Assembly: GCF_009914755.1 (NCBI RefSeq)
Contig: NC_060930.1
Strand: one strand, 5' to 3'
Source of the DNA: the human T2T-CHM13v2.0 reference genome, Homo sapiens
Length of the DNA stretch: 64,000 nucleotides
The notes beneath the pieces are model-generated. The model did no database searches. It saw only the letters and a program-made list of their open reading frames with translations, and was not told the origin of the DNA. The translations under genes and the position numbers were made by a program. Each line of letters starts with the position of its first letter. The first letter of the stretch is position 1. Of this stretch, positions 62,214 to 64,000 are shown in pieces.

Positions 62214-63843
62214 GCATACTTTTAAGAAACCAGGGGAAAGAAGAAAAGCTGGTCATTCCGGGTACCATACAAGAAGAGTAAACTATGAGCAAAGAGCTCC
62301 TAGTTATAATAAAAAGATGATAGTTTTGCAGGGTATCTTATAACTGTTGAATTGTTTTCACATACATTATTTCACTTGAGCCTCATAAAATCGCTGTTTC
62401 TATTATTTCCATTTGAAAACATAAAAAAGTAACTTGGTTATTATGTCTAGTGTGATCTAATTTTTAAGAAAATTTCAAATTGTATAATGCATACTATACA
62501 ATACTATTTTTATTAGTAGAAATTATATACTAATTTACATATTATTTGTATAAAAATATAAGAAGATAGCAACTATAAGTAGAAGGATTGATCAGGGTGG
62601 GAAGTGGGGAGAGAGCAAGTGTTTCACTTTATATAATTTCATATTATTTGAGAGTTTTGCAGTAAGCGTGTATTTAAAATCCAATACAAATTTTTCAAAA
62701 TGAGAGAAAAAACAAGGAAGATCTGCAGCGCAGAGAATGTCTGTGATTTTATGAAGGTCACACTGGTAGTAGTAGGTGGGAGAGTAGAGAAACACTGGAG
62801 CCTAAAGAACCACGCTCCTTACTGTTCTGTGGATATTGGTGGAGGCCAACAACCACTTATTTATTCAACAAAACAGGAAAGGAGGCTGGAAGGCAATTTT
62901 ACTGGAAATCTATCCTTGAAAGAGAATTAATCATTGGGGGAATTATGCTAAATAATCTGCTTGCTTCTTCAAGTAGCCATTTTAATGCAGCTGAAATAAA
63001 TAAGGATGTAAAAGGCAGTTTCAAAGGAGAAAGTCATTATACAGGGATCCATGTGAAGATGTGTATGGTTCAGGGTATTGAAAAAAGAGAAACTGGTCTA
63101 CCTACATAGCCCAGTTTATAGCAACGAATGTTCATTGACCAAGTATGTATAAAAGCTGAAAGAAAGCAGGACCCATTTTGGGCAGTCTTAAGAAGGTATC
63201 CTCTTCAAAAGAAACACCACTAGATGTGCCAAAAGTCTTGGAAAAGCTATTTAAATGTGTACTGAAGTCTTGTGAAGAAATTTTAAAGGTGAATTCCATT
63301 TACCACACACAGGAAAGTATCTTAAAATACTTTTTCTTTCCATCTCACAATAGCTCAAACATTACTGTTTCACCCATGATACTTTCTCAAAATTCCCTAG
63401 AATTCACTCTCCAAACGCAGTTCACACTGCTCTTCCCATTCTTTTCATCGCCTTTCCGTCATTCTGGTTTAGTTATTTTCTCCTACTAGAGTGGTTAGCC
63501 ACAACACACCAAAAAGGCTAGGCAAGCATATAATGAACCCTCCTTGGAAGAGAACCCTCCTTGGAAAGAGGCTCTGTGAACATGTATATAATCGGAATAT
63601 AACTGAGTCCCATGTGACCCAGGGTCTGCGTTGTATCACTGTCAAAGAAACAGCAGTCTGACGCTAGAAGCCAAGACAAATAGTGTTGATCTTTAAGTGT
63701 TTTGAAAGAGAATAGTGCAGAGGTTTCACACAGCACTTTATGTATAAAGCTTCTTAAAAACTATTTCTACATCTCTCTTTGTCCCCAAAGTATCCAATTT
63801 AAAGGCAAAGGTTAGGAATCTCCAAGTAGGGGAATTTATTAGA

Positions 63844-63862
63844 TCACCACTAGGGGGAGTGT
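63844..63862 (+). promoter_or_regulatory. Candidate CTCF binding motif
   Basis: TCACCACTAGGGGGAGTGT resembles the CTCF core CCASYAGRKGGCRS; motif match only. Confidence 0.55.
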
Positions 63863-64000
63863 GACAGTAGTTTGTGATATCCTGATAAAGGATTCATTCA
63901 CGGCATTTCATTCGATCAATCAGCAAGTGTGTGACAAGCCACAGCTACAGGCCGGACACTGTGATAGGAACTAGGGACACCATAATGAATATGACACTTA

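Noticed and set aside
63535-63566. Short tandem duplication (similar ones near 29680, 39945, 42700, 44910, 52650)
   Set aside because: Ordinary two-copy slippage duplications; not CRISPR-like and no spacer array.

Overview
Primate (very probably human) AT-rich non-coding DNA dominated by interspersed repeats. I found no host protein-coding exon, and I cannot name the locus. Every long ORF is a decayed LINE-1 (L1) ORF1/ORF2 piece, an L1 antisense frame, or a repeat-derived or chance frame. The window holds four large minus-strand primate L1s: L1-A (1-3108, nested in L1-B), L1-B (3109-8126), L1-C (split by a THE1 provirus) and L1-D (51133-57270). It also holds seven Alus, several LTRs, DNA-transposon fossils and L2/MIR fragments. 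Subfamily names come from recalled consensus features and are approximate. The main observations are: (1) L1-D looks like a spliced L1 integrant, missing exactly a GT..AG intron from the +98 donor to an acceptor still visible in L1-B; (2) L1-D carries a ~390-bp, possibly two-step, 3' transduction bounded by an exact 15-bp TSD; (3) L1-B and L1-D share many non-consensus variants, suggesting local gene conversion; (4) there is a perfect 67-bp inverted repeat with an apparently flipped spacer, plus two short locally templated insertions, each copied from ~1.2 kb away; (5) L1-A keeps an intact ORF0. These are unusual retrotransposition and repair footprints. I found no evidence of a new protein-coding system.
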